A stretch of DNA of 64,000 nucleotides from Alphaproteobacteria bacterium (lineage in GTDB: Bacteria; Pseudomonadota; Alphaproteobacteria; MPNO01). The position numbers and the translations under genes were made by a program. The notes below the pieces were generated by a model. The model did not search any database. It saw only the letters and a program-made list of their open reading frames with translations, and had not been told where the DNA came from. Below, one piece after another: positions 40,464 to 50,445 of the stretch (positions are counted from its first letter, which is position 1; every line of letters starts with the position of its first letter). The stretch spans positions 2,464,001-2,528,000 of the forward strand of contig OZ219866.1 in the NCBI GenBank assembly GCA_964291675.2, read 5' to 3'.

Positions 40464-41414
40464 TCAGACCACCCGGAACCGGAGCGGCTCGCCGGCGGCG
40501 AGGCGCCGGCAGTTGTCGAGCGCCACGTCCAGGCTGCGCTCGATGGTGTCCATGGTGAGCCAGGCGACATGCGGGGCCAAGACCGCATTGTCGAGTGCGA
40601 GCAGCGGATTGCCGGGCGCCACCGGCTCGTGGGCAAAGACGTCGAGCCCTGCCGCCCCGAGACGGCCGCTCGCAAGCGCCTCCGCGAGTGCCGCCTCGTC
40701 GACCAGGCTGCCGCGCGCCGTGTTGACCAGCACCGCCCCCGGCTTCATGCGCGCGAGCGCGACGGCGTCGATCATGCCGACGGTCTCCGGAGTCTCCGGG
40801 ACGTGGAGCGAGACGATGTCGGATTCTTCGAGCAGCGCCGGCAGCGTACGCCACTCGGCGAGACCCTCCGCCTCCTCCTTGGGTGCGCGCGCGGTATAGA
40901 GCAGGCGCGCGCCGAGCGCCTTGAGCACCGGGGCCAGTGCTTGCGGCACGGCGCCGTAGCCGACCAGCCCGACGATCCGCCCGCCGATCTCGCCCAGGCG
41001 ATCCTGCATGGCGCCGTCGAGCTTCCAGCCCGCGCCCTCGCGCGTCGCACGATCGAACGCCGGCAGCCGGCGCAGCGCCGCCAGCATCAGGGCGAGCGTC
41101 ATCTCCGCGACCGCCCTCGTGTTGGTTCCCGGCATGTTGCACACCGGGATGTCGCGGGCGCGCGCGGCATCGAGGTCGATGGTGTTGACCCCGACGCCGA
41201 TCTTCTGGATCAGAAGCAGCCCGGGCGCCGCCGCGATGTCGGCCCCCGAGACCGGGCGCAGCACGTGCCAGAGCACGTCCGCGTCGGTCATCAGCGCCCG
41301 GAAACGCGCATCGTCGGCCGCCGGGCAGACGGCGATATCGAGCCCGTCGCCCGACACCTCGGCCAGCCGGCGGGCGAGTGCCGGGCCCGCGTCGTAGTGG
41401 AAGATCACCCGCAT
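40464..41414 (-). CDS. D-isomer-specific 2-hydroxyacid dehydrogenase
   Basis: GVGVNTID, N..AVAE, GLVGYGAV, SLHVP, VNTARG, LDVF..EP, PHVAW. Confidence 0.92.
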   Translation of the reverse strand: MRVIFHYDAGPALARRLAEVSGDGLDIAVCPAADDARFRALMTDADVLWHVLRPVSGADIAAAPGLLLIQKIGVGVNTIDLDAARARDIPVCNMPGTNTRAVAEMTLALMLAALRRLPAFDRATREGAGWKLDGAMQDRLGEIGGRIVGLVGYGAVPQALAPVLKALGARLLYTARAPKEEAEGLAEWRTLPALLEESDIVSLHVPETPETVGMIDAVALARMKPGAVLVNTARGSLVDEAALAEALASGRLGAAGLDVFAHEPVAPGNPLLALDNAVLAPHVAWLTMDTIERSLDVALDNCRRLAAGEPLRFRVV

Positions 41415-42700
41415 CGCCGTCCCCAGGGGAATTGCGAGCGCGGCGGCAGCCGGCCGCCCGTCGGCAGGGTCTCGGCGATCCTGAGCCCTTCGTTCCACTT
41501 CGCGGTGCGCTCGCCATGGGCGATCGAGCCGATTTTGAGCTGTCCCACCCCCCAGCCGAGGGCGAGATGGACCACGGTCACGTCCTCGGTCTCGCCCGAG
41601 CGCGCCGAGACCACGGCGCCGTAACCCGCCGCCCGCGCGGCGTCCAGCGCCGCCCGGCAGAGGCTCAGCGTACCCGCCTGGTTGGGCTTGAGCAGGACCG
41701 CGTTACAGGCGCCCTGGGCCGCCGCCCGGTGCACGCGGTCCGCGTTGCTGACCAGGGCGTCGTCGCCCACCACCTGGACGCCGGCGCCGAACGCGCTTGT
41801 GAAGGCGGCGAGCCCCGCCATGTCGTCCTCGGCCAGCGGGTCCTCGACCGAGACGATGGGAAAGCGTTCGATCCAGCCGCCCAGCAATGCGCACATGCCG
41901 TCCGGGTCGAGCGCCCGCCCGTCCCGGGCGAGGCGGTAGCGTCCGTCCGCACAGAACTCGGAAGCCGCGATATCGAGGGAGATGCCGACCTCTTCGCCCG
42001 GCACCAGGCCGGCGCGCTCTATCGCCCGGGCAAGGGTTTCGAGCGCGTCCTCGTTGCTGTCGAACGCGGGCCACAGCCCGCCCTCGTCGGCGGTGCCGGC
42101 GAGCGCGCCCCGTCCGGCCATGATCTCGCCCGCGGCGCGGTAGATCTCCGCCGTCCAGTCGAGCGCCTCGGCGTAGTCCGATGCGCCGGTCGCGATCACC
42201 ATGAAATCCTGCACGTCGACCCGCCGCGCGGCATGCGCCCCTCCACCGAAGATCTGGATCTCGGGGAGCGGCATCATGGGCTCCGCATCGCCGGCGAGGT
42301 GGCGCCACAGCGGCAACCCCCGCGCGGCGGCGGCGGCGTGGGCGGTCGCCATCGACGCGGCGACCATCGCGTTGCCGCCGAGCCGCGAGGCGTCCGCCGT
42401 GCCGTCGAGTGCCGCGAGGCAGTGGTCGACGGCCTCCTGGTCGCAGGCGTCGAGCCCGGCGAGGGCGGCGGCGATCTCGCCGTCGACCGCGGCGATCGCG
42501 CGGGTCACGTCCAACCCGCCGAACGCCTCGCCGCCGTCGCGCAAATCCACCGCCTCGGCGCTTCCCCGAGAGGCGCCGGAAGGCGCGATCGCCCGCCCGC
42601 GCGCGCCGCCCGCGAGCGCGATCTCGACCTCGACCGTAGGCCGGGCGCGCGAGTCCCACACCCGGCGCCCCTTCACCGAGCGGATCGCCGTCGCGTTCAA
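41405..42700 (-). CDS. Enolase paralog (phosphopyruvate hydratase-like) with altered active site
   Basis: TTG start overlaps the upstream stop; DSRARPTVEV, PSGAS, DEGG, LDIAASEF, SVEDP, VGDD, LLKPNQ, SARSGETED. Confidence 0.88.
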   Translation of the reverse strand: MNATAIRSVKGRRVWDSRARPTVEVEIALAGGARGRAIAPSGASRGSAEAVDLRDGGEAFGGLDVTRAIAAVDGEIAAALAGLDACDQEAVDHCLAALDGTADASRLGGNAMVAASMATAHAAAAARGLPLWRHLAGDAEPMMPLPEIQIFGGGAHAARRVDVQDFMVIATGASDYAEALDWTAEIYRAAGEIMAGRGALAGTADEGGLWPAFDSNEDALETLARAIERAGLVPGEEVGISLDIAASEFCADGRYRLARDGRALDPDGMCALLGGWIERFPIVSVEDPLAEDDMAGLAAFTSAFGAGVQVVGDDALVSNADRVHRAAAQGACNAVLLKPNQAGTLSLCRAALDAARAAGYGAVVSARSGETEDVTVVHLALGWGVGQLKIGSIAHGERTAKWNEGLRIAETLPTGGRLPPRSQFPWGRRCG

Positions 42701-43713
42701 ACCCCGAGCTCCGCCGCCCAGGCGGCGCGCACGGCACGAAGACGCGAGACAGGGGATTGGAGCAGGGTGCGGGCGACGCGGCGCACCCGGTCCCTTTCGG
42801 CTTCCTCCGTCACGTATTCCACCGGCGACTTGCCGTCGATCCGGGCGAGGAACAGCCCCGCCAGCAAGGGGGCCGCGCGGGCTTCGAGAACCTCCGGGGG
42901 TTCCCAGTCGACGCCGCCCAGATAGGTCCGGGCGAGAACGTCGAAGCAGTCCAGGAAGCCGGGTGCCGCCTCCGGCGTCCACAGGCATTTGAGCAGCAGG
43001 TGGTTGAGGCAGAAGGCGAGGTCGAAGGCGGGGTCGCCGTACCACGCGCATTCGGCATCGAGGAACACCGGCCCGGCCTTCCCGATCAGGATGTTCTTGG
43101 GGCTCACGTCGCCATGCACTAAGGCGAGCCGGGTCGCCGCCGTCCTCTCGACGATCTGGCCGAGCCGGCCGGCAAGGTCCGGATGGGCGCGGGCCGCGGT
43201 CTCCAGATAGGGTTCGAGACGGATCGCATGGAAGATCCCGTCGGAAGCGAAGCGCCGGGCCACGTCGTCGCGCCCCGCGGTGCCGGCGTGGATGGCGCGG
43301 ATGGCGGCGGCGACACGGCGCGCATCGTCCGGCTCGGCCTCGCCCCGGCGCAGCTTCTCCTTCCACAGCGGGAATTCGCCGGGCTCCAGAAAGTCCATCG
43401 CGATCAGCCCGGCCTGCCGGTCGTGGCCCAGCAGACGCGGCACCGCCTGCGGCACGATCCGCCCGGCGGTCTCGATCCACGCCGCTTCGAAGGCGTTGCG
43501 CTCGACCGGCGCGCGCCAGTCCGAGGCGACCTTGAGCCGGGCGAGCGCGCGCTTGACGCAGACACAGCGCCCGCCGATGTCGATCTTCCAGATGTCGGAC
43601 GACACCCCGCCGGGAAGCGCGGTCGCGCGCAATTGCGCCCCGCAGGGGACGAGGCCGAGCCGGCCCAGCGCCGTCAGGACCTCCCGGGGCGCGGTCCCGG
43701 CTTCGCCCGCCAT
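42697..43713 (-). CDS. Aminoglycoside-phosphotransferase/MtnK-like small-molecule kinase
   Basis: GGVSSD, CVKRAL..L, HGDVSPKNIL, LDAECAWYGDPAFD. Confidence 0.85.
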   Translation of the reverse strand: MAGEAGTAPREVLTALGRLGLVPCGAQLRATALPGGVSSDIWKIDIGGRCVCVKRALARLKVASDWRAPVERNAFEAAWIETAGRIVPQAVPRLLGHDRQAGLIAMDFLEPGEFPLWKEKLRRGEAEPDDARRVAAAIRAIHAGTAGRDDVARRFASDGIFHAIRLEPYLETAARAHPDLAGRLGQIVERTAATRLALVHGDVSPKNILIGKAGPVFLDAECAWYGDPAFDLAFCLNHLLLKCLWTPEAAPGFLDCFDVLARTYLGGVDWEPPEVLEARAAPLLAGLFLARIDGKSPVEYVTEEAERDRVRRVARTLLQSPVSRLRAVRAAWAAELGV

Positions 43714-43720
43714 GCCGGAT

Positions 43721-44713
43721 TCATCCGGGCAGGGGGGCGATGCCGAGGACCGGCGGCAGGCCCGACAGAACGGGGGCAAATTCCTCCCCGCCGTCCTCGC
43801 TCGCCCAGATCCCGCCGTCGTTGAGGCCGACGAGCACGGTCCCGGAGGACGCGGGATCGACCGCGATCGAGCGCGGCGCGGGCGCCAGCCGCTCCGGGAG
43901 TCCGCCGGTCTGTCGACTCCAAGTCTTGCCGCCGTCCTCGCTTCGGTAGAACCCGGCCCCGGCGCCTTCCGGGCGCCTCCAGCCGGGCGGTGGCACCTCC
44001 GCGCCCGCGGTGAACAGCACGTTCGGCCGGTCCGCGTGGACCGCGACGTTGATCAGATAGGGGTGCGCGATCCCCGTATCCGATTGCGCGAAACTCTCGC
44101 CCCCGTCGGCGCTGCGATACAGGCCGTGACCCGAGGCCGAGACCACGGTCTTCCCGTCTGGAAGAACCGTGACCGTGTGCGAATCGAACTCGGTGCCGTC
44201 CTTGATGTTGGCCCAGCTCCCGCCGCCGTCGGCCGAGCGCACCAGCCATCCCTCCTCGACCGCGCCGAATATGACGCCGGGGTCGGAGGGAGACAGGCCG
44301 ATGCCGCGGACATGGGCGACGAAGGGCGGGCCCGGGAAGGTCCAGTCCTTGCGTGTCGGCAGGCGGCGCAGGCTCTCCAGCTCCTCCCAGCTCTCCCCGC
44401 CATCGGTCGATTTGAAGATGCAGGCGGGCTCGGTGCCGACATAGAGCTCGCCGGTATCCGGATGACGGGCGAGCGAGAGCGCGTGCTTGTAGACCAGCCC
44501 CGCGTTCTTCTCGGCCCAGCGCCGCCCCCCGTCATCGGTGCGCCAGACGCCGGCGCGCTCGGTCGCCGCCCAGGCCCGGCCGGGGCGGGACGGGTCCGCC
44601 AGGATCCAGCGGACCACGCCTTCCAGCCCCAGCGGACGGGCCTCATAGCCCGCGCCGTTGCTCTCGGCCAGGAAGACGCCGTTGCCCGTCGCGAGCAGGA
44701 GAGAGGTGCCCAT
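43721..44713 (-). CDS. BNR/Asp-box beta-propeller protein, no signal peptide
   Basis: Repeated Asp-boxes TDDGG.RW, STDGGESW, SADGGGSW, SADGGESF, SEDGGKTW, SEDGGEEF. Confidence 0.85.
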   Translation of the reverse strand: MGTSLLLATGNGVFLAESNGAGYEARPLGLEGVVRWILADPSRPGRAWAATERAGVWRTDDGGRRWAEKNAGLVYKHALSLARHPDTGELYVGTEPACIFKSTDGGESWEELESLRRLPTRKDWTFPGPPFVAHVRGIGLSPSDPGVIFGAVEEGWLVRSADGGGSWANIKDGTEFDSHTVTVLPDGKTVVSASGHGLYRSADGGESFAQSDTGIAHPYLINVAVHADRPNVLFTAGAEVPPPGWRRPEGAGAGFYRSEDGGKTWSRQTGGLPERLAPAPRSIAVDPASSGTVLVGLNDGGIWASEDGGEEFAPVLSGLPPVLGIAPLPG

Positions 44714-44851
44714 CTGCCCCTCCGAGACGATTGCGTGGGACGCGGAACCGATCACAACCCGTCCGCCGACACCCGTCAAGCCGCGCGTTGGACCGCCGCG
44801 CGGGCGCGCTCTAGCATTTGCGAAAGCCAATCGCGGTGATTGCTTCCAACC

Positions 44852-46423
44852 ATGCCGAGGCATGCCGAGACCCAGGTCGCGATCGTCGGTGCCGGCCCGG
44901 TCGGGCTCGCGCTTGCCATCGAGCTCGGGCTGCGCGGTGTCGCCTGCGTCGTCATCGAGCGGCGCGCGGGCGCCCCCCGCGTGCCCCGGATGAGCAGCGT
45001 CAGCGGCCGCAACATGGAGTTCTGCCGGCGCTGGGGGATCGCGGAGGAGGTGCGGAGCGCCGCGTGGTCGCCCGCCCATCCGATGGATTTCGTCTATGTC
45101 GAGACCATGACCGGGCGCGAGCTGGCCCGGCTCAAGATCCCGTCCTACGCCGAGAGCGCGGGCCGGCTCGACTACACGCCGGAGGGGCCGGCGACCTGCC
45201 CGCAGATCTATTTCGATCCCATCCTCGCCGAGAAGGCGCGATCGCTCGACCGCGTGACGCTCGACTACGGCACGAGGCTGGAGAGCTTCGAGAGGCACGC
45301 GAACGGCGTTCGCGCCCATCTCGTCGGCGTGAGCTCCGGCGCCCGCTCGACGGTCTCCGCCGAGTATCTCGTCGGCTGCGACGGGGCGGGCGGAACCGTC
45401 CGGCGCCTTCTCGCCATCCCGCTCGACGGCCAGGGGACGATAGCGAGCAGCGTCAACGTGTTCTTCCGGTCGCGCGAATTCGCGGCGATGCACGACAAGG
45501 GCTGGGCGCGGTTCTTCCGCTTCTTCGGCGACGACGGGTGCTGGGGCGAGGCGATCGCGATCGACGGCAGGGAGCTCTGGCGGCTCTCGGTCTTCCACGA
45601 CCCGGACCCCGACCTGGCCGGACACTCCTATCTGCGCAAGCTCGCCGGGCGCGACTTCGACTACCAGATCCTCGACGTCTCTCCCTGGGAGCGGCGCGAC
45701 TTCCTGGCCCGGTTCTACCGCCGCGGGCGGGTGCTGATCGCCGGCGACGCGGCGCACCAGACCTCGCCGACCGGCGGGGCGGGCATGCATATCGGGGTGT
45801 GCGAGGCGGTCAATCTCGGCTGGAAGCTCGCCGCCCTGCTCGACGGCTGGGGCGGGGCAAGGCTGCTCGATTCCTACGAGGCCGAGTCCCGCCCGGTCGC
45901 CGGCCGCTTCGTCGCGCTGTCGACGCAGACCTTCGATGCCATCGCCGCGCTGCCCGGGGCCGAGGCGTTCCGCCGCGCGTTCGAGGCCGATCCCGGCATC
46001 CTGCGGCGGCTCTCGCTGGCCGACCGGTTGCGGACGCAGCTCTGCTACGAGGGCTCGCCGGTCTGCGTGCCCGACGGAACCCCGCCGCCCGACCCCCCGG
46101 ACGATCCGCTGCACACGGCGCGCCCCGGCGGCCGCGCGCCGCATTGCTGGATCGGCGGCGGGCGCTCGACGATCGATCTGTTCGGCCGGGGCTTCGTGCT
46201 GCTGCGCTTGGGCCGCCCGCCCGCCGATGCCTCGCCGCTGGTCGCGGCGGCCGCCGCCGCGCGGGTTCCGCTGGAGGTCGTCGACATCGAGCATGCGGAG
46301 GCCGAGGCGCTCTACGGAAGGAGGCTGGTCCTCGTCCGCCCCGACGGCCATGTCGCCTGGCGCGGCAACGGGACGCCCGTCGACGCGGCGGCGCTGATCG
46401 AGCGGGTGCGCGGCGCCGGGTGA
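44852..46423 (+). CDS. FAD-dependent monooxygenase (PheA/TfdB/RdmE-like)
   Basis: VAIVGAGPVG, LVGCDG, AGDAAH..PTGG.GM, NLGWKL, LVRPDGHVAW. Confidence 0.92.
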   Translation: MPRHAETQVAIVGAGPVGLALAIELGLRGVACVVIERRAGAPRVPRMSSVSGRNMEFCRRWGIAEEVRSAAWSPAHPMDFVYVETMTGRELARLKIPSYAESAGRLDYTPEGPATCPQIYFDPILAEKARSLDRVTLDYGTRLESFERHANGVRAHLVGVSSGARSTVSAEYLVGCDGAGGTVRRLLAIPLDGQGTIASSVNVFFRSREFAAMHDKGWARFFRFFGDDGCWGEAIAIDGRELWRLSVFHDPDPDLAGHSYLRKLAGRDFDYQILDVSPWERRDFLARFYRRGRVLIAGDAAHQTSPTGGAGMHIGVCEAVNLGWKLAALLDGWGGARLLDSYEAESRPVAGRFVALSTQTFDAIAALPGAEAFRRAFEADPGILRRLSLADRLRTQLCYEGSPVCVPDGTPPPDPPDDPLHTARPGGRAPHCWIGGGRSTIDLFGRGFVLLRLGRPPADASPLVAAAAAARVPLEVVDIEHAEAEALYGRRLVLVRPDGHVAWRGNGTPVDAAALIERVRGAG

Positions 46424-46897
46424 AGGCCGCCCTCCCCCGGAACGGTGCGGCACGCCTTGCACGGCTTGAGGCAAGGCAGGACTCGATGATAGAAAGCGTT
46501 CTAAGACTCGTAGTCTGGCCTTGAAACATGGCCGGTCGGTCCCGTGTCTTCTGCCGCACATTGGCCACGTCCGCGCTGGCCGAATCCCAGCGCAACGTCG
46601 ATGGGCATGATCGTGGCGCGTCCGCGTGCCCGAATCCGACCGCTTCCTCAGGAAACCGGGGTTCCGGCATAAGGGAGGAAATTACTTTGCCCGGCTTTAG
46701 TCCCAGGGCAATTTGCCATCGTTCGCAGGCATGCCCAAACTCTGCCATTTCAGGAGGCCATGCAATAAAGCACCATTAGGGGTCTTTCGATTTGGGCATT
46801 GGTATGGAATGGTACCAAGTATGAGACAAGTGATACTTGCTGTGGCGGCACTGGTTATACTGTTTCTCCCGATAGACTTGGCGAAGGGATCGGACAA

Positions 46898-48347
46898 GGT
46901 TGTGTCCCCGGGCGTGGTGTAGGAGTTCTGACGGCGGTTGGTAGCTGTGGGTAAGTAGCCCGCCGCAGCGACCGTCACGAGTCTGGCGGCGGCGGGCTAC
47001 TTATCCATAGCGGAGGCCATCGCGGTGCCGGTTTAGGGTTGGGCTTGCTGAGTCCACCCGACCGGAGGAGTACCACGATGACCGCCAATGACATGATGAC
47101 CCTGCGCGCGCTGCTGGAAAAGAGTTCCGACACCGATCTGCTTCGCGAGATGATCGCCTTCACGGCCGAGCGTTTGATGGCGCTGGAGGTGGAGGGGTTG
47201 ACCGGGGCTGCGCCCGGCGAGCGTTCGCCGGACCGGATCAACCACCGCAACGGCTACCGCGACCGGGTCTGGGAGACCCGGGCCGGCACGGTCGAGCTGA
47301 AGATCCCGAAGCTCAGGAAGGGGAGCTACTTCCCGGGGTTCCTGGAGCCGCGACGTATGGCCGAGAAGGCGCTGACCGCGGTGATCCAGGAGGCCTATAT
47401 CCAGGGCGTGTCGACGCGGGCGGTCGACGACTTGGTGCAGGCGATGGGGATGTCGGGCATCTCCAAGAGCCAGGTCTCGCGGCTGTGCGGCGAGATCGAC
47501 GGCAAGATCCAGGGCTTCCTCGACCGGTCCCTTGAGGGCGACTGGCCCTATCTCTGGCTCGACGCGACCTATGTGAAGGTGCGCGAGGCCGGGCGCATCG
47601 TCTCGGTCGCGGTCACCGTCGCGGTGGCGGTCAACGACCGGGGCCGGCGCGAGGTCCTCGGCATGGCGGTCGGCGCGTCGGAGGCCGAGACCTTCTGGAC
47701 CGAGTTCCTGCGCAGCCTCACCCGCCGCGGCTTGCGCGGCGTGAAGCTGGTAATCGCCGACGACCACAAGGGCCTGAAGGCCGCCGCCACGCGCATCCTC
47801 GGCGCAACCTCCCAGCGCTGCCGCGTGCACTTCATGCGCAACCTGCTCGCCCATGCCGGCAAGCAGGGCCGGCGCGTCGTCTCCGCCTTCGTCGCTACCG
47901 CCTTCGCCCAGGACGACGCCGACGGCGCCAGGGCCCAGTGGCGCCTGGTCGCCGATCAGCTCAGGCCCAAGGTGCCGAAGCTCGCCGCGCTGATGGACGA
48001 GGCCGAGCACGACGTCCTGGCCTACATGACCTTTCCCAGAGAGCACCGCCAGAAGCTGCATTCGACGAATCCACTCGAACGGCTCCATGCCGAGATCAAG
48101 CGCCGCACCAACGTCGTCGGCATCTTCCCCAACGAGGACGCCATCACCCGCCTCGTCGGCGCGATCCTGCTCGAGCAAAATGATGAATGGGCCGTTGCAA
48201 GGAGATACATGACGCTGGAATCGATCGCTCCCGTGAGCGACAATCTCACCGTCAAGCTGCCCGCCGTGGCAGCCTGAGCGAACCGGCCCTGCCCGCCGGA
48301 TACCGCGATCGGCGCCAGGCTCTTACACCACGTGGCGGGACACGATC
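46898..48347 (+). mobile_element. IS256-family insertion sequence, 1450 bp
   Basis: Imperfect IRs GGTTGTGTCCCCGGGCGTGGTGTAGGAG / GATCGTGTCCCGCCACGTGGTGTAAGAG; 9-bp TSD ATCGGACAA at 46889-46897 and 48348-48356. Confidence 0.95.
47078..48277 (+). CDS. IS256-family transposase
   Basis: [53 protein letters not shown]; GGAGG RBS. Confidence 0.96.
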   Translation: MTANDMMTLRALLEKSSDTDLLREMIAFTAERLMALEVEGLTGAAPGERSPDRINHRNGYRDRVWETRAGTVELKIPKLRKGSYFPGFLEPRRMAEKALTAVIQEAYIQGVSTRAVDDLVQAMGMSGISKSQVSRLCGEIDGKIQGFLDRSLEGDWPYLWLDATYVKVREAGRIVSVAVTVAVAVNDRGRREVLGMAVGASEAETFWTEFLRSLTRRGLRGVKLVIADDHKGLKAAATRILGATSQRCRVHFMRNLLAHAGKQGRRVVSAFVATAFAQDDADGARAQWRLVADQLRPKVPKLAALMDEAEHDVLAYMTFPREHRQKLHSTNPLERLHAEIKRRTNVVGIFPNEDAITRLVGAILLEQNDEWAVARRYMTLESIAPVSDNLTVKLPAVAA

Positions 48348-49072
48348 ATCGGACAAGGTCATACATGACAAGAGTGCACTGAAGTCCGATGCAGAGAAAA
48401 ATGCCTTCATAGACGCTTTCGTTGATACTGTTTTTCCAACGACTCGGCCGACCGAACCAGTGAGACGGCGGAGGGATGACATTCATTTTGCGATCCTGGG
48501 ATCTGCTACCTTTGAGACTTTCAAATATGTCGACAGCGCTGTAACCTCATTATCGAAAATTCTCCCTTACGATGTATCGGTTCGTGACGGGGGCAACGTC
48601 AATACGGTGATATTCTTTACGGACAATGTCCGAAGGGACAGCTTTGGGCGCCTGAGAGATTTGATACAAGAGTTTCTGTTTCCGGACGAAACAATAGAGG
48701 ACGCATTTCGGAAATTCGGAAACTCGAAATGCCTCTTGATTACACCTGGATACGCGGACAAGGTGTCGGGCGTCCTTATGGTGTTGTCGAATCAGAAAGA
48801 CGATTTCGAGTATGTGAAATTCTGTTTTAAATCTACCCTTCTGCGGTCTCTCGGACTACTCGGAAAACGGACGAACAACGAGCTAATGAACGACGGCAAC
48901 GAGTTTAACATCACAAATCTGGACAAACGAATTTTGCGAGCATTGTATTCGGAGGAACTGAACGGAAAAGATCTGGAAGGTGCGGTGCGAGTCCTGACCG
49001 AGTAGAGAATGCATATCAGGGCTCGCAAGTTTGGTGATGTGAAGTATGGATAGCGCAACCGCACGGGCAGGC

Positions 49073-50313
49073 TGTACAGATAGGGTAATTGCCTGACAGT
49101 TGCCGCTTCCGGCGGGGTTCTGTTTCAGGCGGCTTTCTTCATCTTCTCCTCCTTTGGCGTCTTCGGTTTTGGCAGGCATCGGACGAAGACGTCGGCCGGC
49201 GTCCTGCCCTTCATGCCGCGGCCCTGGTGGGGTCGCTCGGTATTGTAGCGCAGCAGGTAGGCGTCGAGGTCGGTCTGCATGGCCTCGATGCTGTCGTAGA
49301 ACTTCTTCCTCCCCATGACGCGGAAGTGCTCGTCCAGCAGGGTGCGGTGCAGACGCTCGACGAAGCCGTTGGGCTGGGGCCTTCGGACCCTGGTGGTGCG
49401 GTGCTCGATCTCCTCGAGCTGGAGGAACAGCTCGTAGGGGTGGCGATCGGGCCGGCCGCAGAACTCGCGCCCGTTGTCCGACAACACGGTGTCGATCCGC
49501 GCGCCGTGCGCCTCGAAGCTCGGCAGCACGTCGTTGTTCATCAGCTGGACCGCGGTGACCGGCATCTTATTGGGATAGAGCCTGCCCCAGGCGTAGCGCG
49601 AGTGGCAGTCGACGGCGCTCTGCAGGTAGACCTTGCCGACCCCCTTGAGGTGGCCGACGAAGAAGCTGTCGACGGCCACGAGGTCGCCGCTGTGGCGGGT
49701 CTCGATGTGGCGCTCGCGGAACTCGGGCGAGAACCGCTCCAGCAGACGGATCTGCTCGTCCGAGAGCTCGATCCGGCGCTCGGCGGTGGTCTTCTCCAGC
49801 CGGAGCAGCCGTTCCTGCCTGGTCAGCAGCGCATGCCGCGACCACACCCCGCGCACCCCGCCGGAAGACACGTGGACGCCCTTGAGCGAGAGCTCCTGGG
49901 CGACGCGGAGCGCGCCGTGGGTGGGGTGGTCCAGCGCGTGCGCGAGGATCGCGTCCTCGACCTCCTGCGAGACCCGGTTGGGGGGCGGTCCCCGGGCGCC
50001 GGGCAGCCGGTCGATCAGCCCGTCCGCCCCGTAGGTCTGATAGTTCCTCCTGATCTCGTAGAACTGCTGGCGCGAGTAACCCATGATCCGGCACGCCTTC
50101 GACACGTTGTTCATCTCGGCGGCCAGCTCCAGAAGGCTCAGCTTGCGCCGTGCTATCTTGTCCTTGGTGGTCATGTCGCTCTCCCGATGGGTCGGATGTT
50201 GGCAAAACGATCCTTACCCCCACCGGGAGCGGCCTGGCCACCGCCGGCGCGCACGACTCTTGACGGTCGCGCGCCGGCGGCCCGAACTGTCAGGTGATTA
50301 CCGTCCCACTACA
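49073..50313 (-). mobile_element. IS481-family insertion sequence, 1241 bp
   Basis: TGT...ACA ends; 29-nt imperfect IRs sharing TGTA-N7-GGTAAT-N2-CCTGACAGTT; no clear TSD. Confidence 0.9.
49125..50174 (-). CDS. IS481-family transposase
   Basis: N-terminal HTH (NVSKACRIMGYSRQQFY); rve core VAVDSF, SDNGREF, PQ.NG.VER; YNTERPHQG. Confidence 0.95.
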   Translation of the reverse strand: MTTKDKIARRKLSLLELAAEMNNVSKACRIMGYSRQQFYEIRRNYQTYGADGLIDRLPGARGPPPNRVSQEVEDAILAHALDHPTHGALRVAQELSLKGVHVSSGGVRGVWSRHALLTRQERLLRLEKTTAERRIELSDEQIRLLERFSPEFRERHIETRHSGDLVAVDSFFVGHLKGVGKVYLQSAVDCHSRYAWGRLYPNKMPVTAVQLMNNDVLPSFEAHGARIDTVLSDNGREFCGRPDRHPYELFLQLEEIEHRTTRVRRPQPNGFVERLHRTLLDEHFRVMGRKKFYDSIEAMQTDLDAYLLRYNTERPHQGRGMKGRTPADVFVRCLPKPKTPKEEKMKKAA

Positions 50314-50445
50314 GGCTGGGTGTCGGGCGCCACCGGATTCCTCGCCTGCGACAAGGGGGGCGGCTGCGCCATTCCGACGCCAACCGGGACGGGCGGCTGG
50401 CTGCGGCGGACGCGGAGCGGTCGAAGTTCGATGTCTGGCGTGATC
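50314..50445 (+). pseudogene. Relic of a calcium-binding (RTX/hemolysin-type) protein
   Basis: GWVSGATGFLACDKGG, then in another frame DANRDGRLAAADAERSKFDVWRD, resembling the GW...DG.LA.D / D.N.DG.....D......VW.D module. Confidence 0.45.

Larger units (their letters stand above)
46821..49005 (+). pseudogene. Low-GC exported protein (DUF2927-like), interrupted by IS256
   Basis: Removing 46898-48347 plus one TSD copy restores MRQVILAVAALVILFLPIDLAKGSDKVIHDK...C...LLRSLGL...ITNLDKRILRALY; family call tentative. Confidence 0.75.

Noticed and set aside
43721-46561. 946-aa ORF suggesting a large fusion
   Set aside because: The upstream part is antisense to the FAD monooxygenase; the real gene starts at 44713.
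46424-46820. Short ORFs in the lower-GC gap before the IS256 target gene
   Set aside because: No RBS, motif or codon support; treated as intergenic or degraded sequence.
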